Source: Octopus sinensis
Lineage: Eukaryota
NCBI RefSeq assembly: GCF_006345805.1
Contig: NC_042999.1
Location: 132,432,001-132,496,000 of the forward strand
Reading direction: 5' to 3'
DNA length: 64,000 nt
Shown in pieces: positions 51,421 to 64,000 of the stretch. The first letter of the stretch is position 1. The number at the start of each line of letters is the position of its first letter. The notes under the pieces were generated by a model, which was not told where the DNA came from, did no database searches, and saw nothing but the letters and a program-made list of their open reading frames with translations. The position numbers and the translations under genes are program-made.

Positions 51421-52180
51421 CACACACGCAAAAATTAAAAATGATACGTTCAAAAGAAATACCCAAGAATTCATTAAAAACAGTCCCAATCACTACTATA
51501 ATCGAGAACGAACAACTTTTAGGTCACTTGACCTTTTAACATCCTACTACTATCATATCTCTCATGCATCCTTTTATTATTCTTTCTCTTCTTCTCCTTC
51601 TCCCCCTCCTCCTCCTCCTTCTCTTCTTCTTCTTCTTCTTCTTCTTCTTCCCCCCCCTTCCTTACTTTATAACTACAGCTGTTTAGAATAACACCCGCAC
51701 AAATATATAAACAATACATTCAAAAGAGATATCCCAAGAATTCAATCACTACTACAATCCACAACAAGTCACTTCCAGGGCACTTGAACATTTAACAACC
51801 TACTACTATCATACCACTCCCACATTCTTCTTCTTCTTCTTCTTCTTCTTCTTCTTTTCTTCTTCTTCTTCTTCTTCTTCTTCTTCTTCTTCTTCCCTAC
51901 CAAGAATTCACAACGACCTCGAACCCGCAAGAGTAAACAAGAGGGACAGAGACAGGCAGAAACAAGGAAAATGCCACTTGTAATTGAATACTATGCGAGA
52001 TATTCTTTTAAAATACTTTTCATCTAATTTTCCCAAAATTTAATTGTTTTCCATACTTAGAGTTGAAAAAGTTTCAATGACTGAAACCAGTACTAAAATG
52101 TTTTTATGATAAAATTATTTTAGTATTTTCTACCTTGACGTTTTTCGTTATACACATCAACTCGTATGTTCCTTTTCAAA

Positions 52181-52214
<34 letters not shown>

Positions 52215-52603
52215 CACACACACATATGTGTGTGTGTAAATATTGATATTTCTAAATCTCTTTAAAGGAGGCTACGGAAGCGGTACTGGGTATTAATAGT
52301 TATCTCCAAGCTAACATGGCAGTCCAGAAAAATTGGACCAGGCTGCCGTTGATTAGCTCAAAGAGGTCATCGCTTCTAGCTTGCTATGTGACACACAAAC
52401 CTGTGTCCATTATAACCTTCGAACAGGGGAGGTCAGCAGCTTCCCCTTGCTACATACATACATACATACATACATACTTACATACATACATACACACATA
52501 CATACATACTCCTTCTTCCCTTCTTTCCTGAGCGTCCAATAATACTTTATTTGTTCCACATCCTTGCTTTGTTGTCTTTTTGTTTTCTTGTTTGGATTAA
52601 CTT

Positions 52604-52661
<58 letters not shown>

Positions 52662-52868
52662 CCGTAGACGTGGCTGTGAGGTAAGAAGCTTGCTTTCAAA
52701 ACCCATGGGTTTGGATTCAGACCCACTGCATTTGACCCTGCGCAGGTGTCTTCTACTATAGCTTCGGGCGGATCAAAGTCCTGTAAGTGGGTATGTATCT
52801 CCATATGTGTGCATTCATACGTGTTTTGTGAGTGCGTCTGTTTGTGCATATTTGTGTGCATGTGCAGG

Positions 52869-52869
<1 letters not shown>

Positions 52870-52916
<47 letters not shown>

Positions 52917-53135
52917 AGTGTCTGTGTCTGTGTAGATGTGAACGTTCATTTATGTATGCCTGACAGTTCAGAATCAATGTCACCAGTAGTGACGATGTAA
53001 TAACGAAACCTAGTTTTCTTCAAATTTCCCACGTTCACAAAATTCCACAAAATTCCTAGAAATGAAATGATTTCTAGGAAAAAATTACGTATCAAAACCT
53101 CCTTCTAAGAAAAATAAACGTTAGTCGTAACGGGG
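52870..53135. repeat. Direct copy of the left arm and loop of the 55.2-55.85 kb palindrome
   Basis: 'tgtctgtgtctgtgtagatgtgaacgttc...ttctaagaaaaataaacgttagtcgtaacggg' occurs at both sites. Confidence 0.9.
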
Positions 53136-53451
53136 AAGAGGTCTTCAAACACACACACACAGGCGTGCCCATGCGCGCTTATATATACACATATAGAAAT
53201 ATACGTAGATAGTTTAACAGACTATAAAAAATAGATAGATTGATATTCATGTATACATAGATATACGCTGGCGTGTCTGTGTGTCAGGAAGTTTGCTTCC
53301 TAACCACATGATACCGGGTTCAGTTCCACTGCGTGACACCCTAGCATGTGGCTGCCACAATGGCATCGCGCCGACTAAAACTTTGTGATTGTATTTGGAA
53401 TATGGAAATTGTAAAAAAGCCCGTCGTGTGTGTGTATATATATATATATAA

Positions 53452-53494
<43 letters not shown>

Positions 53495-53519
53495 TATATG
53501 TATATGTATATATATATCA

Positions 53520-53830
53520 AAGAGCCATGGAAAGGTCAATGCTTGGAATCTCGTTGAGAGAGCATATCAATAGCGAGGTCATCAGAGAGAAGTCCGGCGT
53601 GAGGGATGTCATCGCAGAATATACACGCAGCAAGTTTAGTTGGACCCGCGCAGTTGTCGAGTGGTACCCGTGCGAGCGGAAAGGACCACTCGGAAGGCCT
53701 CCACGACGATTTCAAGAGGACGATTGGGATCACGTGGATGAGAAGGGCGCGATCCAGAGAGGAGTGGACAGCGTGCTGTGACCAGCGTTGTCAAATGGAC
53801 GCCCGACGGACTGGTCGGTCAAGGTGATGA
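53520..53830 (+). mobile_element. RTE LINE 3' fragment
   Basis: 'MERSMLGISLR..SEVIREKSGVRDVI..KGPLGRPPRR'. Confidence 0.8.
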
Positions 53831-53832
53831 AG

Positions 53833-53866
<34 letters not shown>

Positions 53867-54104
53867 TTCACTTGTTTCAGTCATTAGACTCTGATCATGT
53901 TGCGGCACCACTTTGAATTTTTACTACTTACTATTTGCTAAGCCTGACAGTTTCCTATCGATGTCTTTTGACGAACTGCTTTGTTACAGAGACGCAAACG
54001 CACCAACACCTGCTGTCAGTTGGTGAAGACAGACAGACATAAAGACACACACATAAATATACATACATACATACATACATACATACATACATACATACAT
54101 ACAT

Positions 54105-54157
<53 letters not shown>

Positions 54158-55171
54158 ACAAATCGGTATGTGGTCTGAGTGCTCCAAGTGATAAGCTACT
54201 AGGATCCAAGTTCACAACGGGGACTGGAATTGTGGTATATATATATACTACGGGCTTTTTTCATATTCAAGATTCCAAATACAATCACAAGGCTTGGTTG
54301 GCACGATGCCATTGTAGAATACACATGGTATGATGTCATGCGGTGGAACTGAACTCGGTACCATGTGTTTAGGAAGCAAACTTATTACCACACAGCCACT
54401 CCAGCGCATCTCTACGTATATACGAATATATATGTGTCTATCTATTTTTATTCGTCTGTTAAACTATCTACTTATATTTCTATACGAGCAAAACGTCCTC
54501 GTCCAATGGACGGTGCTGAGTTGTCAAACATTTAAACTAAATTTTCTCAAAACAACTTGTCCGACTGTCCCATAGGCCTCCCCTTTGAGAAACACTGATT
54601 TAACCTAAATTTGAGACACCACGAAAAGAAGAAATAAAGATCGACGTATTTTCTATTCCAAAGAAAAACGATTTTATTCACACAAATATGCAACCGAAGA
54701 GTTTAAAGTACCAGTAATGATAAGGCTGTTGACTTGGAGAACACAAACATGGTTTAAACAGTAAGTTTGGCAGGAAAGAAACGTGCCATTAAGCAGTACA
54801 AAAACAACAAAAATGGAAGGTGCAGTTATGTACAGGTTGACAGAAGAAAAGCAGGACAAAAACGATGCATGCAAATGGGTTAGCTGGAGGTAAATCTAGA
54901 TGGAAAAGCATGATGATTTCTTTGCCTCAAACTGCACGTGCATTTTTCTCGCGTAGGCATAGTATCGATCGCAACAGCTGATGTATTTGCGCGTACAAAT
55001 GCACGTTCCCGCAGCTTTATCGATCGCATTCTCACCTGGAATCGATTTTTGCAATTTTTTCAAGACTTATATACGCCTTGATACCGTCGGTATCTACATA
55101 TCAAATTTGAGCGCAATCGGATGGAGGATACCCGAGATCCTAGAAGACAAACACACAGACAGAACGGATTT

Positions 55172-55203
<32 letters not shown>

Positions 55204-55204
55204 G

Positions 55205-55830
<626 letters not shown>

Positions 55831-56010
55831 ACACATATATATGTATATTAATATATATATATATATGTATATATATATACACATACATACATATATACAC
55901 ACACAAACACACACACACACACGCACACACAGATATATATATATATGTGCAAGGGTATTTGGTAAGCAGTGTCGATTTTTACAACTTTGCTAATAATAAT
56001 AATAATAGAT

Positions 56011-56508
56011 AAATGCCCTGATGCAGTACCAGGCAGTGGCTCTCATGGCTTCTGATCTTAACTGATTGGAAGTTTTATCATGTACATTCTTTTGTCTTGG
56101 TATAAAAGATGGGCCACGGCAAATATTCTGCTCAATACCACAGATTTGCTTGTCAGTTGTTTGAGCATGTCTCTTGGTGGATGATGATATGTGCATCTCA
56201 GATCACGAGCAGAAGTAATGGGAGTGCATCATAGCCGTGTGTTGAGAGGGATTCTTTGAGGTTTGAATAATTAACCTCAGGGACCTTTTGAGCGGGATGG
56301 GTTACTCGACCAGAAGAAAATTGTAACTGGGCCCCACCTGCAAGGTCATGTGCTGTTTATCTTGATATGAGATCACCATGTCGCGCACATATGGTTGTGA
56401 TGCATGTGCCTAGTGTACCCTTATCAGACGTATAGTCATGATGGGTATACTGGGTTTCGTACATTCTACCCCGGTGTCATCTTGATGACATGCCTTGCTC
56501 TCTCACTC
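56011..56508. mobile_element. Second copy (internally deleted) of the (AAT)n-flanked repeat
   Basis: Colinear with 45637-46192, with two internal deletions. Confidence 0.8.
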
Positions 56509-56785
56509 AATAATAATAATATTTTATAAGCTTAAAGTATGTAAGCGATCACCGTGTAATGACTGAAGAAAATTGTCTACTATTGGGGCATATAAGTCCT
56601 CGACGGAAAAAAGTAGGCTTGCTGTATGCATGGAACTCTAACCTACAACTCCTTGTTTTCGCGAAATGAAGAATAATATTATTATTGTAGTAATTAAGCC
56701 TGACAATGCCTAGAATAGTGCCAACAGCAACAGCTGCCAGATGAGATTTTGTCTTTTTATAATCAGTAAATATAAACACATATAT

Positions 56786-57529
56786 AAGCACATAAGTAAC
56801 AAGGATGTCAAGGTAATAACGCATTACGGCCGTTTCAGGCGGCTCCATTTAATCGAACAATGCAAGCATTACATCAATTTGAAATACATAGCCATCTTCG
56901 GATGGAAAACTATAGGTTTTCAATACACAAGATACTCCATTATAATTTTTAGCAAATATTTCACCAGAACAACCAGATGAAAGAATTCCATGCTGCTACA
57001 ATTGTAGCAGAATAAACTTAGAGAGAAATAAATATCCCGACTACAATTTTGGAGTGGGAGAAAAAGATAACAGTGGGGTTCATGAGATGGTAATTTAGCT
57101 AGAATTTTTAGCTATACCCTTATCACCATCAAAAGATCTAATGCAGCTAGTATACTGTCTCTACTAAGAATTCAAGCCACTAGTAGTTGACAGCTAAGTT
57201 GTAGCTATTGGTCATAAACTAAATATTGGCAGATATTCTCTCAAGCTTTAATTCTCTATGGCTATCAACTTTCTTTACCAGATAAGAAAACAAATCTCGG
57301 AAGAAGTCATTTAGATAGTGGTAAATGCCCAGAAAAATGTAGGGTAGGGGTGATATAAATTCTTTTATTACCAGTTAAAGGGGCCTACAATAGAAAATAA
57401 AGAGCGCTACAATGAGATGTAAATGGTCATTAAGGGTACAGAGGGAAAATTGCATTGTTCGAGTAAATGGAGTCGCTTGAAACGGGCGTAATTCATCAAT
57501 ACTTCGACATCCTTGTTACTTATTTGCTT
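56786..57529. mobile_element. Old MITE with ~80-bp diverged TIRs
   Basis: 56786-56865 reverse-complements 57450-57529 ('ttgcattgttcga.taaatggag..gc.tgaaacgg..gtaat..gacatccttgttactta'). Confidence 0.7.
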
Positions 57530-57630
57530 GTTATTCACCTTATTTCGAGCTGTGCGGATAATACCAGACTGACTTGGTGCCTCAACTTAAGTAGCTAATT
57601 CAAGTGAATCTTAATTACTTTTCATATACA

Positions 57631-57685
<55 letters not shown>

Positions 57686-57686
<1 letters not shown>

Positions 57687-57870
57687 TGTCCACTCGACAA
57701 CTGCGCGGTCCACCGATTATCGGTGAGCCGGGCGACGTGTGCAGCCCATCTAAACTTGGTGCGTGTATAATCTGCGATGACATCCCTCACGGACTTCTCT
57801 CTGATGACCTCGCTACTGATTGCTCTCTCAACGAGATTCCAAGCATAGGACCTTTCCATGGCTATTTGAT
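57686..57870 (-). mobile_element. RTE LINE 3' fragment (same family as 53520)
   Basis: 'SEVIREKSVRDVIADYTRTKFRWAAHVARLTDNRW'. Confidence 0.8.
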
Positions 57871-57881
57871 TACTATATAGA

Positions 57882-57919
<38 letters not shown>

Positions 57920-58147
57920 ATATATATATATATATTATATATATATATATATAATATATATCTATAGATATATATATATACATACATCCATACACACACA
58001 CCACAGAGACACATACACACACACACACAAACACACACACATATATAAATGTATATATATATGTATATATATATAGTATATATGTATATATATATGTATA
58101 TATTATATATTATAAAAAATGTTATATATATGTATATATATAATATA

Positions 58148-58178
<31 letters not shown>

Positions 58179-58413
58179 GTATATATATATATATATAATT
58201 ATATATAATATATATATATTATATATATACTAAGTAATTAGGTTTAGCAACGATTTGCCTCACCACACCCGAATTTAGAAATAGCAGTCAAAGAGTTATA
58301 GCTATTCTTTCTACTAAAAGGGAGATCTCAGTAAAGCCACAGCACTTGAAAGGCAAACACAGACAGTCAAGAGAGAAAGAAATGACGGCAATCTATCATA
58401 CAATTTGAAGTCA

Positions 58414-58504
58414 CCTACGGACGTACGTTTCGAAATTAAGTTTTAGGAAAGCATAAGAATTAGATAATTATGTCTTACCCAACTTCTTTTCTCATCAGCG
58501 TAGG
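58414..58504 (-). ncRNA. Type I hammerhead ribozyme, monomer 1 (intact)
   Basis: CCUACG-CUGAUGA-GAAA..UUUC-GAAA CGUACG UC|CGUAGG; predicted cut between 58420 and 58419. Confidence 0.88.
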
Positions 58505-58992
58505 ACACTACAATTATGAATAATTGTATATTAAATTTCGAGATACTAGAAGGCTTCATCTCAACTCAGTATCCGAGCGAGCTAAAACCGTTACCAGTAT
58601 CACCAAATTCAAAGTGTGAATGAAAGTTTGTGTCACCATCCCCTTCCCACCAGCGTGTAGCCAAGACAAGATGTTGTGGTCATTTACTGGGATGAAATAT
58701 GGTTATCAGTAATAATGTAGGGTGAAATTAATTAATTTGGAAAATCATTAATTTCACCAAGTAGATTCGGCATGTAAAAGCCTCATTCGAGGAAAGTTTA
58801 ATTAATACTAAGTAATTAAGGGTTTAGCAACGATTTGCCTCACCACACCCGAATTTAGAAATAGCAGTCAAAGAGTTATAGCTATTCTTTCTACTAAAAG
58901 GGAGATTCTCATAAAGCCACAGCACTTGAAAGGCAAACACAGACAGGCAAGAGAGAAAGAAATGACGCAATCTATCATACAATTTGAAGTCA

Positions 58993-59080
58993 CCTACGGA
59001 CGTACGTTTCGAAATTAAGTTTTAGGAAAGCATAATATTAGATAATTATTCTTACCCAACTTCTTTTCTCATCACGTAGG
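58993..59080 (-). ncRNA. Type I hammerhead ribozyme, monomer 2 (C3 missing as assembled)
   Basis: CCUACG-_UGAUGA; otherwise as monomer 1. Confidence 0.65.
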
Positions 59081-59563
59081 ACACTACATTATGAATATTG
59101 TATATTAAATTTCGAGATACTAGAGGCTTCATCTCAACTCAGTATCCGAGCGAGCTAAGACCGTTACCAGTTCACCAAATTCAAAGTGTGAAGAAAGTTT
59201 GTGTCACCATCCCCTTCCCACCAGCGTGTAGCCAAGACAAGATGTTGTGGTCATTTACTGGGATGAAATTGGTTATCAGTAATAATGTAGGGTGAAATTA
59301 ATTATTTGGAATAATCATTAATTTCACAAGTAGATTCCGGCATGTAAAAGCCTCATTCGAGGAAAGTTTAAGTAATACTAAGTAATTAAGGGCTTAGCAA
59401 CGATTTGCCTCACCACACACCGAATTTAGAAATAGCAGTCAAAGAGTTATAGCTATTCTTTCTACTAAAAGGGAGATCTCAGTAAAGCCACAGCACTTGA
59501 AGGCAAACACAGACAGGCAAGAGAGAAAGAAATGACGGCAATCTATCATACATTTTGAAGTCA

Positions 59564-59654
59564 CCTACGGACGTACGTTTCGAAATTAAGTTTTAGGAAA
59601 GCATAAGAATTAGATAATTATGTCTTACCCAACTTCTTTTCTCATCAGCGTAGG
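59564..59654 (-). ncRNA. Type I hammerhead ribozyme, monomer 3 (intact)
   Basis: Identical motif to 58414-58504. Confidence 0.88.
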
Positions 59655-60088
59655 ATCTACAATTATGAATAATTGTATATTAAATTTCGAGATACTAAAG
59701 GCATCATCTCAACTCAGTACCGAGCGAGCTAAAACCGTTACCAGTATCACCAAATTCAAAGTGTGAATGAAAGTTTGTGTCACCAACCCCTTCCCACCAG
59801 CGTGTAGCCAAGACAAGATGTTGTGGTCATTTACTGGGATGAAATATGGTTATCAGTAATAATGTAGGGTGAAATTAATTAATTTGGAATAATCATTAAT
59901 TTCACCAAGTAGATTTCGGCATGTAAAAGCCTCATTCGAGGGAAGTTTAAGTAATACTAAGTAATTAAGGGTTTAGCAACGATTTGCCTCACCACACACC
60001 GAATTTAGAAATAGCAGTCAAAGAGTTATAGCTATTCTTTCTACTAAAAGGGAGATCTCAGTAAAGCCACAGCACTTATATATTTATG

Positions 60089-60119
<31 letters not shown>

Positions 60120-60354
60120 GTTCGTGTGTGTGTGTATGTATATATATATATATATATATGCTATTTTAAATCATTAGTCGCTCGTTCAAATTTGTTTTCT
60201 CATCATTCAGTGTTAACGTGTTTTCCGCGTGATTACTGACTCCCGATTGGGTGCTGTTCTCTGATTGCCTGATCCAATCTCTGATAAGCTGTCCCTAAAA
60301 TATTTTATGACAACTTGTTCTTATTAATCATTTTTCTGTCGTTGTAAAGAATGC

Positions 60355-60730
60355 CTGGTTGAAGAATTTCGTCGGAAAGTCATGCTCAAATAAAAATTCT
60401 GTACGAAGAAGGATACATCAGTCGACAAATTGGTGAAAGATTGAAATTGGCAAACAGAACAGTTTCAAGGTCAATAAGCAACTCGAAATCTACTGGAAAA
60501 TATGTATTTGACAAGCCTACGGGTCGCCCAAAACCCACCACCAAGCGAATGGGAGATGCTGTAATTTTAGCTGCCAAAAAGCCACCCAGAAAGTCTGTGG
60601 TTAACTCGTCAAGTTTCTTGAATACATCACCCGAACACCTGATGGCTGCTTATAGGTGGATGTTATCTCTCCTGACTGCTAAAGTAGCACAAACGACTTA
60701 TGGCAAAACTCTTTGCAGTGGGTGTAAGAA
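60355..60730 (+). mobile_element. Tc1-like transposase N-terminal remnant
   Basis: 'AQIKILYEEGY..IGERLKLANRTVSRSI..TGRPKPTTKRMGDAV'. Confidence 0.7.
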
Positions 60731-60739
60731 ATGATCCTA

Positions 60740-61850
60740 TATCTGATTGAAGTCCTTCATTCTGGGTCAAAAAGAGCTAGTAACGGTTCTCGAACGGCAT
60801 TCTGCACTCATGAGATGACATCTGGTGTACCACAAGGATATGTTCTTGGACCCCTGTTTGTTGCATAAATTCTTTTCTACTCTAGGCACAAGGCCCGACA
60901 TTTTTGGGGAGGAGAGCAGTCAATTAGATTTACCCCAGTACGCAACTGGTACTTAATTTATCGGCCCCGAAAGGATGAAAGGCAAAGTCGATCTCGGCGG
61001 AATTTGAACTCAGAACATAAAGACAGACTAAATACCGCCAAGCATTTCTGCCAGCTCACCGCCTTGTTTGTTGCATATATTAATGACAGATTTCAGCTTG
61101 AAGAATGTTAAGAACAGATCCTACACGCTATAAATCTTTCCTGCAGTCAGATTGTGACACAATGCAGCAAACGGATTACTGACTGGCAACTCAAGCTGGC
61201 TGTGGACAAGTGCGCCACGATGCATATTGGGAGGGAAAACCCAGCTTTTGCATATTCCTCAACAACACCAATCTTAACAAGTCCAGTAATGAATGTGACC
61301 TAGGTACCTAGGTATAGTGTCAACAGTGATTTGCGTTGGACAAATCGCATTTCTAAAATTGTCAAGAAGGCCGAGGACGTCTTAGCATCACTCACTAAGA
61401 CCTCTGTTAGCTGTCTCTAACGATCTATTTAAAGCTGTATATGGCTATGGTTCATCCATACTTAGGGTTTACATCAGTCTGGCACCCCTATCAGTAGATC
61501 CATCTCCTGGAAACTGTTCATAAACGTTGGACTAGACGAATACCTACCATTAGGCATCTGCCATACTCTAAACGTCTTGCTCAGACGTCTGGCAGGTAAT
61601 TGACTTGGCAGACGTCCACAAGATTATCCACCATCTTTTCAATAACAATTTTGGGCGGCTTTTTGAATACCCCGTGTCTAATACCTGTAGACATGCTTAT
61701 AAAATAAAAAAAAAACAACACAATACCCATGATTTCGGAAACGTTTCCACGCCCAGAATTGCTAAAGCATGGAATAAGCTACTCACATCAGTTGATCAGT
61801 TATTAGCTGTCGGAACATTACATCCTTAAAACTTTCCATGCTTCCCGAAA
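60740..61850 (+). mobile_element. CR1/L2-like LINE RT 3' remnant, interrupted by a SINE
   Basis: 'SGVPQGYVLGPL', 'DWQLKLAVDKCATMHIGR', 'DLRWTNRISKIVKKA'. Confidence 0.75.
60868..61064 (-). mobile_element. tRNA-type SINE with 13-bp TSD
   Basis: TSD tgtttgttgcata at 60855-60867 and 61065-61077. Confidence 0.9.
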
Positions 61851-61934
61851 TAAGCAAACACCTGATGCACCTACCTATTTAAAAAGAAAAATGATTCATT
61901 CACTGTTCATTTTCTGTGCATTATTCTATGTACT

Positions 61935-63150
61935 AAGGCGGCGAGCTGGCAGAAACGTTAGCATGCCGGGCGAAATGCGTAGCCGTATTTCGTCTGCCGT
62001 TACGTTTTGAGTTCAAATTCCGGCGAAGTTGACTTTGCCTTTCATCCCTTTCGGGGTCGTTAAATTAAGTGCCAGTTACGCACTGTGGTCGATGTAATCG
62101 ACTTAATCCGTTTGTCTGTACTTGTTTGTCCCCTCTATGTTTAGCCCCCTGTGGACAATAAAAAAAATTTTTGAAATAAAAAATACGAAAGGAAAAAATA
62201 TATTAAAAAAAAAATAAATAAATAAGGCGGCGAGCTGGCGGAAACGTTAGCACGCCGGGCAAAATGCTTTGTGGTATTTCGTCCGCCGCTGCGTTCTGAG
62301 TTCAAATTCCGGCGAAGTCGACTTTGCCTTTCATCCTTTCGGGGTCGATAAATTAAGCACCAGTTACACACTAGGGTCGATGTAATCCGTTTGTCTGTCC
62401 TTGTTTGTCCTCTTTATTTAGTCCCTTGTGGGTAGTAAAGAAATAGGTGTTTCGTTTGCCGTTACGTTCTGAGTTCAAGTTCCACCGATGTCAACTCTGT
62501 TTTTCATCCTTTCGGGGTCGATAAATTAAGTACTAGTTGCGTACTGGGTCGATCAAATCGACAGGCCACCTCCCCGAAAATTTTGGGCCTTGTGCCAGGA
62601 GTAGAAAAGATTATTCTATGTACTGTATTTGCACTTTTGGTTATATTTTTTGATAAGTTGAAATATACTTCAGTAGTGTAAACAATAAGTTCATTATATA
62701 TAATATTTCATATTATTATGAGTTCGCATTCACATATATATATATATATATAATATTCATATTACATATATTTCATATTATTATGTGAGTTCGCATATGG
62801 ATAAATTAATTGGGAGAAAAAGTTTAAGAATGTTAGTAATGGAGAAGGGAGATAACTTCCTAGTTCTATTATTTAATGCTAGAACTGTATTTATTGACAT
62901 ATTAGCGTTGATATTCTTTTATGTAAGTCAATGTGCATTATTTAACATTATTTGCAAGTCGGCGAGCTGGCAGAAACGTCAGCAAGGCGGGCGAAATGAT
63001 TAGCAGTATTTCGTCTGCCTTTACGTTCTGAGTTCAAATTCCGCCGTTGTCGACTTTGCCTTTCATCCTTTCGGAGGTCGATAAATTAAGTACCAGTTGC
63101 ATACTGGGATCGATCTAATCGATTAGCCCCTTCCCCCAAAATTTCGGGCC
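61935..63150 (+). mobile_element. Cluster of four same-orientation tRNA-type SINEs (~61935, ~62224, ~62445 partial, ~62958)
   Basis: Head 'ggcggcgagctggcagaaacg..gagttcaaattcc' (A/B-box-like); core 'ttgcctttcatcctttcggggtcgataaattaagtaccag'. Confidence 0.85.
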
Positions 63151-63369
63151 TTGTCAGTTTAAAATGCTATATTCTCAGATCCCCATCAAAATTGCTTACT
63201 GAATCATAACAGCTATTTTCGATTGATAAACAATATGATTTGACGAAAAAATTTAGTGCTTACCTCTTTCTCTATCATGTATACAAAAGTTTCAGTAATC
63301 AAGGAAATTATTAAATTACTATCAATCATATCTACATCTGACTGAGCAAATCAATTTGATTTTTTTATT

Positions 63370-63705
63370 TAGTGATACAGGAGCACTCCGTCGGTTACGA
63401 CGACGAGAATCCCAGCTGATACGATCAACGGAACAGCTTGCTCGTGGAATTAACGTGCAATTGACTGAGCAATCCACAGACACGAGTACCCTTAACGTAG
63501 TTCTCAGGGAGAGTCAGCGTGACACAGAGTGTGACAAGGCCGGCTCCTTGAAATACAGGTACAACTCATTTTTGCCAGCTGAGTGGACTGGAGCAATGTG
63601 AAATAAAGTGTCTTGCTCAAAGACACAACGCATCGCCGGGAATCGAACTCACGACGTTACAATCGTCAGCCGAATGCCCTAACCACTAAGCCATGCGCCT
63701 TCACT
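63370..63705 (-). mobile_element. tRNA-type SINE (another family)
   Basis: Reverse head 'gggaatcgaactcacg..ctaaccactaagcca', body 'aaataaagtgtcttgctcaa'. Confidence 0.75.
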
Positions 63706-64000
63706 TTTTTAGTGATAATGTTATATCTAACAAAAACCGAAAGAAAACACCAGAAAACAAAAACACAAATACAAAAACAGAAACAAACAAAACGCCAACA
63801 CATAACGGACAGTAATGCTTATAGCTACCACCGTTAATAAGTTTTAAGAGAGAGAGGCGGTGGGAAAATACTTGCAACTGACCTCTATCGTTTAAGTTGA
63901 AACTTTATGAACCTCATTGCAATCATAAACTATAATAGAAGAAAGCTGTCGAATATAAAAGACGTAATGGAATGAGCAGAACAAGAGGATAGACGTGGGA

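Larger units (their letters stand above)
58227..60077 (-). repeat. Tandem array of ~580-bp hammerhead-containing monomers (~3.2 units), retrozyme-like
   Basis: Marker 'gaatttagaaatagcagtc' at 58271, 58851, 59422 and 60001; (TA)n flanks. Confidence 0.92.

Noticed and set aside
54674-54874. Cys-containing minus-strand ORF as a possible upstream piece of paralog 3
   Set aside because: No CCP spacing, no Trp and no similarity to the N-terminus of copies 1 and 2.
56549-56848. 99-aa ORF with hydrophobic stretches
   Set aside because: Begins inside a MITE terminal repeat; no recognisable domain or splice support.
61935-63705. tRNA-like A/B boxes as tRNA genes
   Set aside because: They are SINE heads without a complete cloverleaf.

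Overview
AT-rich, intron-poor, repeat-dense eukaryotic DNA. The tRNA-type SINE families and (TA/CA/TACA/AAT)n load resemble a coleoid cephalopod (Octopus-like) genome; this is recognition from memory, not a database result. There is one host gene family. Two near-identical intronless genes (3481-4968, 9977-11461) encode a secreted protein with 6 Sushi/CCP modules plus an 8-Cys C-terminal module, inside a ~6.2-6.35 kb tandem duplication. A third, diverged paralog, missed by the ORF track, has its last 46 codons at 49762-49902 (minus strand) and runs into a 100-N assembly gap. The rest is mobile DNA: RTE, L1/Tx1, R4/Dong-like, CR1-like and Penelope-like (RT + GIY-YIG) retroelements; Helitrons; MULE, Tc1, mariner and hAT remnants; inverted-repeat elements and SINEs. 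The most striking unannotated signal is a set of type I hammerhead ribozyme (HHR) motifs. One occurs per ~580-bp monomer of a tandem array at 58227-60077 (retrozyme-like). A diverged relative at 48111-48210 shows a compensatory stem change and lies downstream of the third paralog in the same sense. A second family is at 25412-25497, minimal Penelope-type motifs are at 43794, 46666 and 33944, and an outward-facing HHR-like pair is at 32865/33295. All alignments and folds were done by eye, and coordinates of degenerate repeats are approximate.
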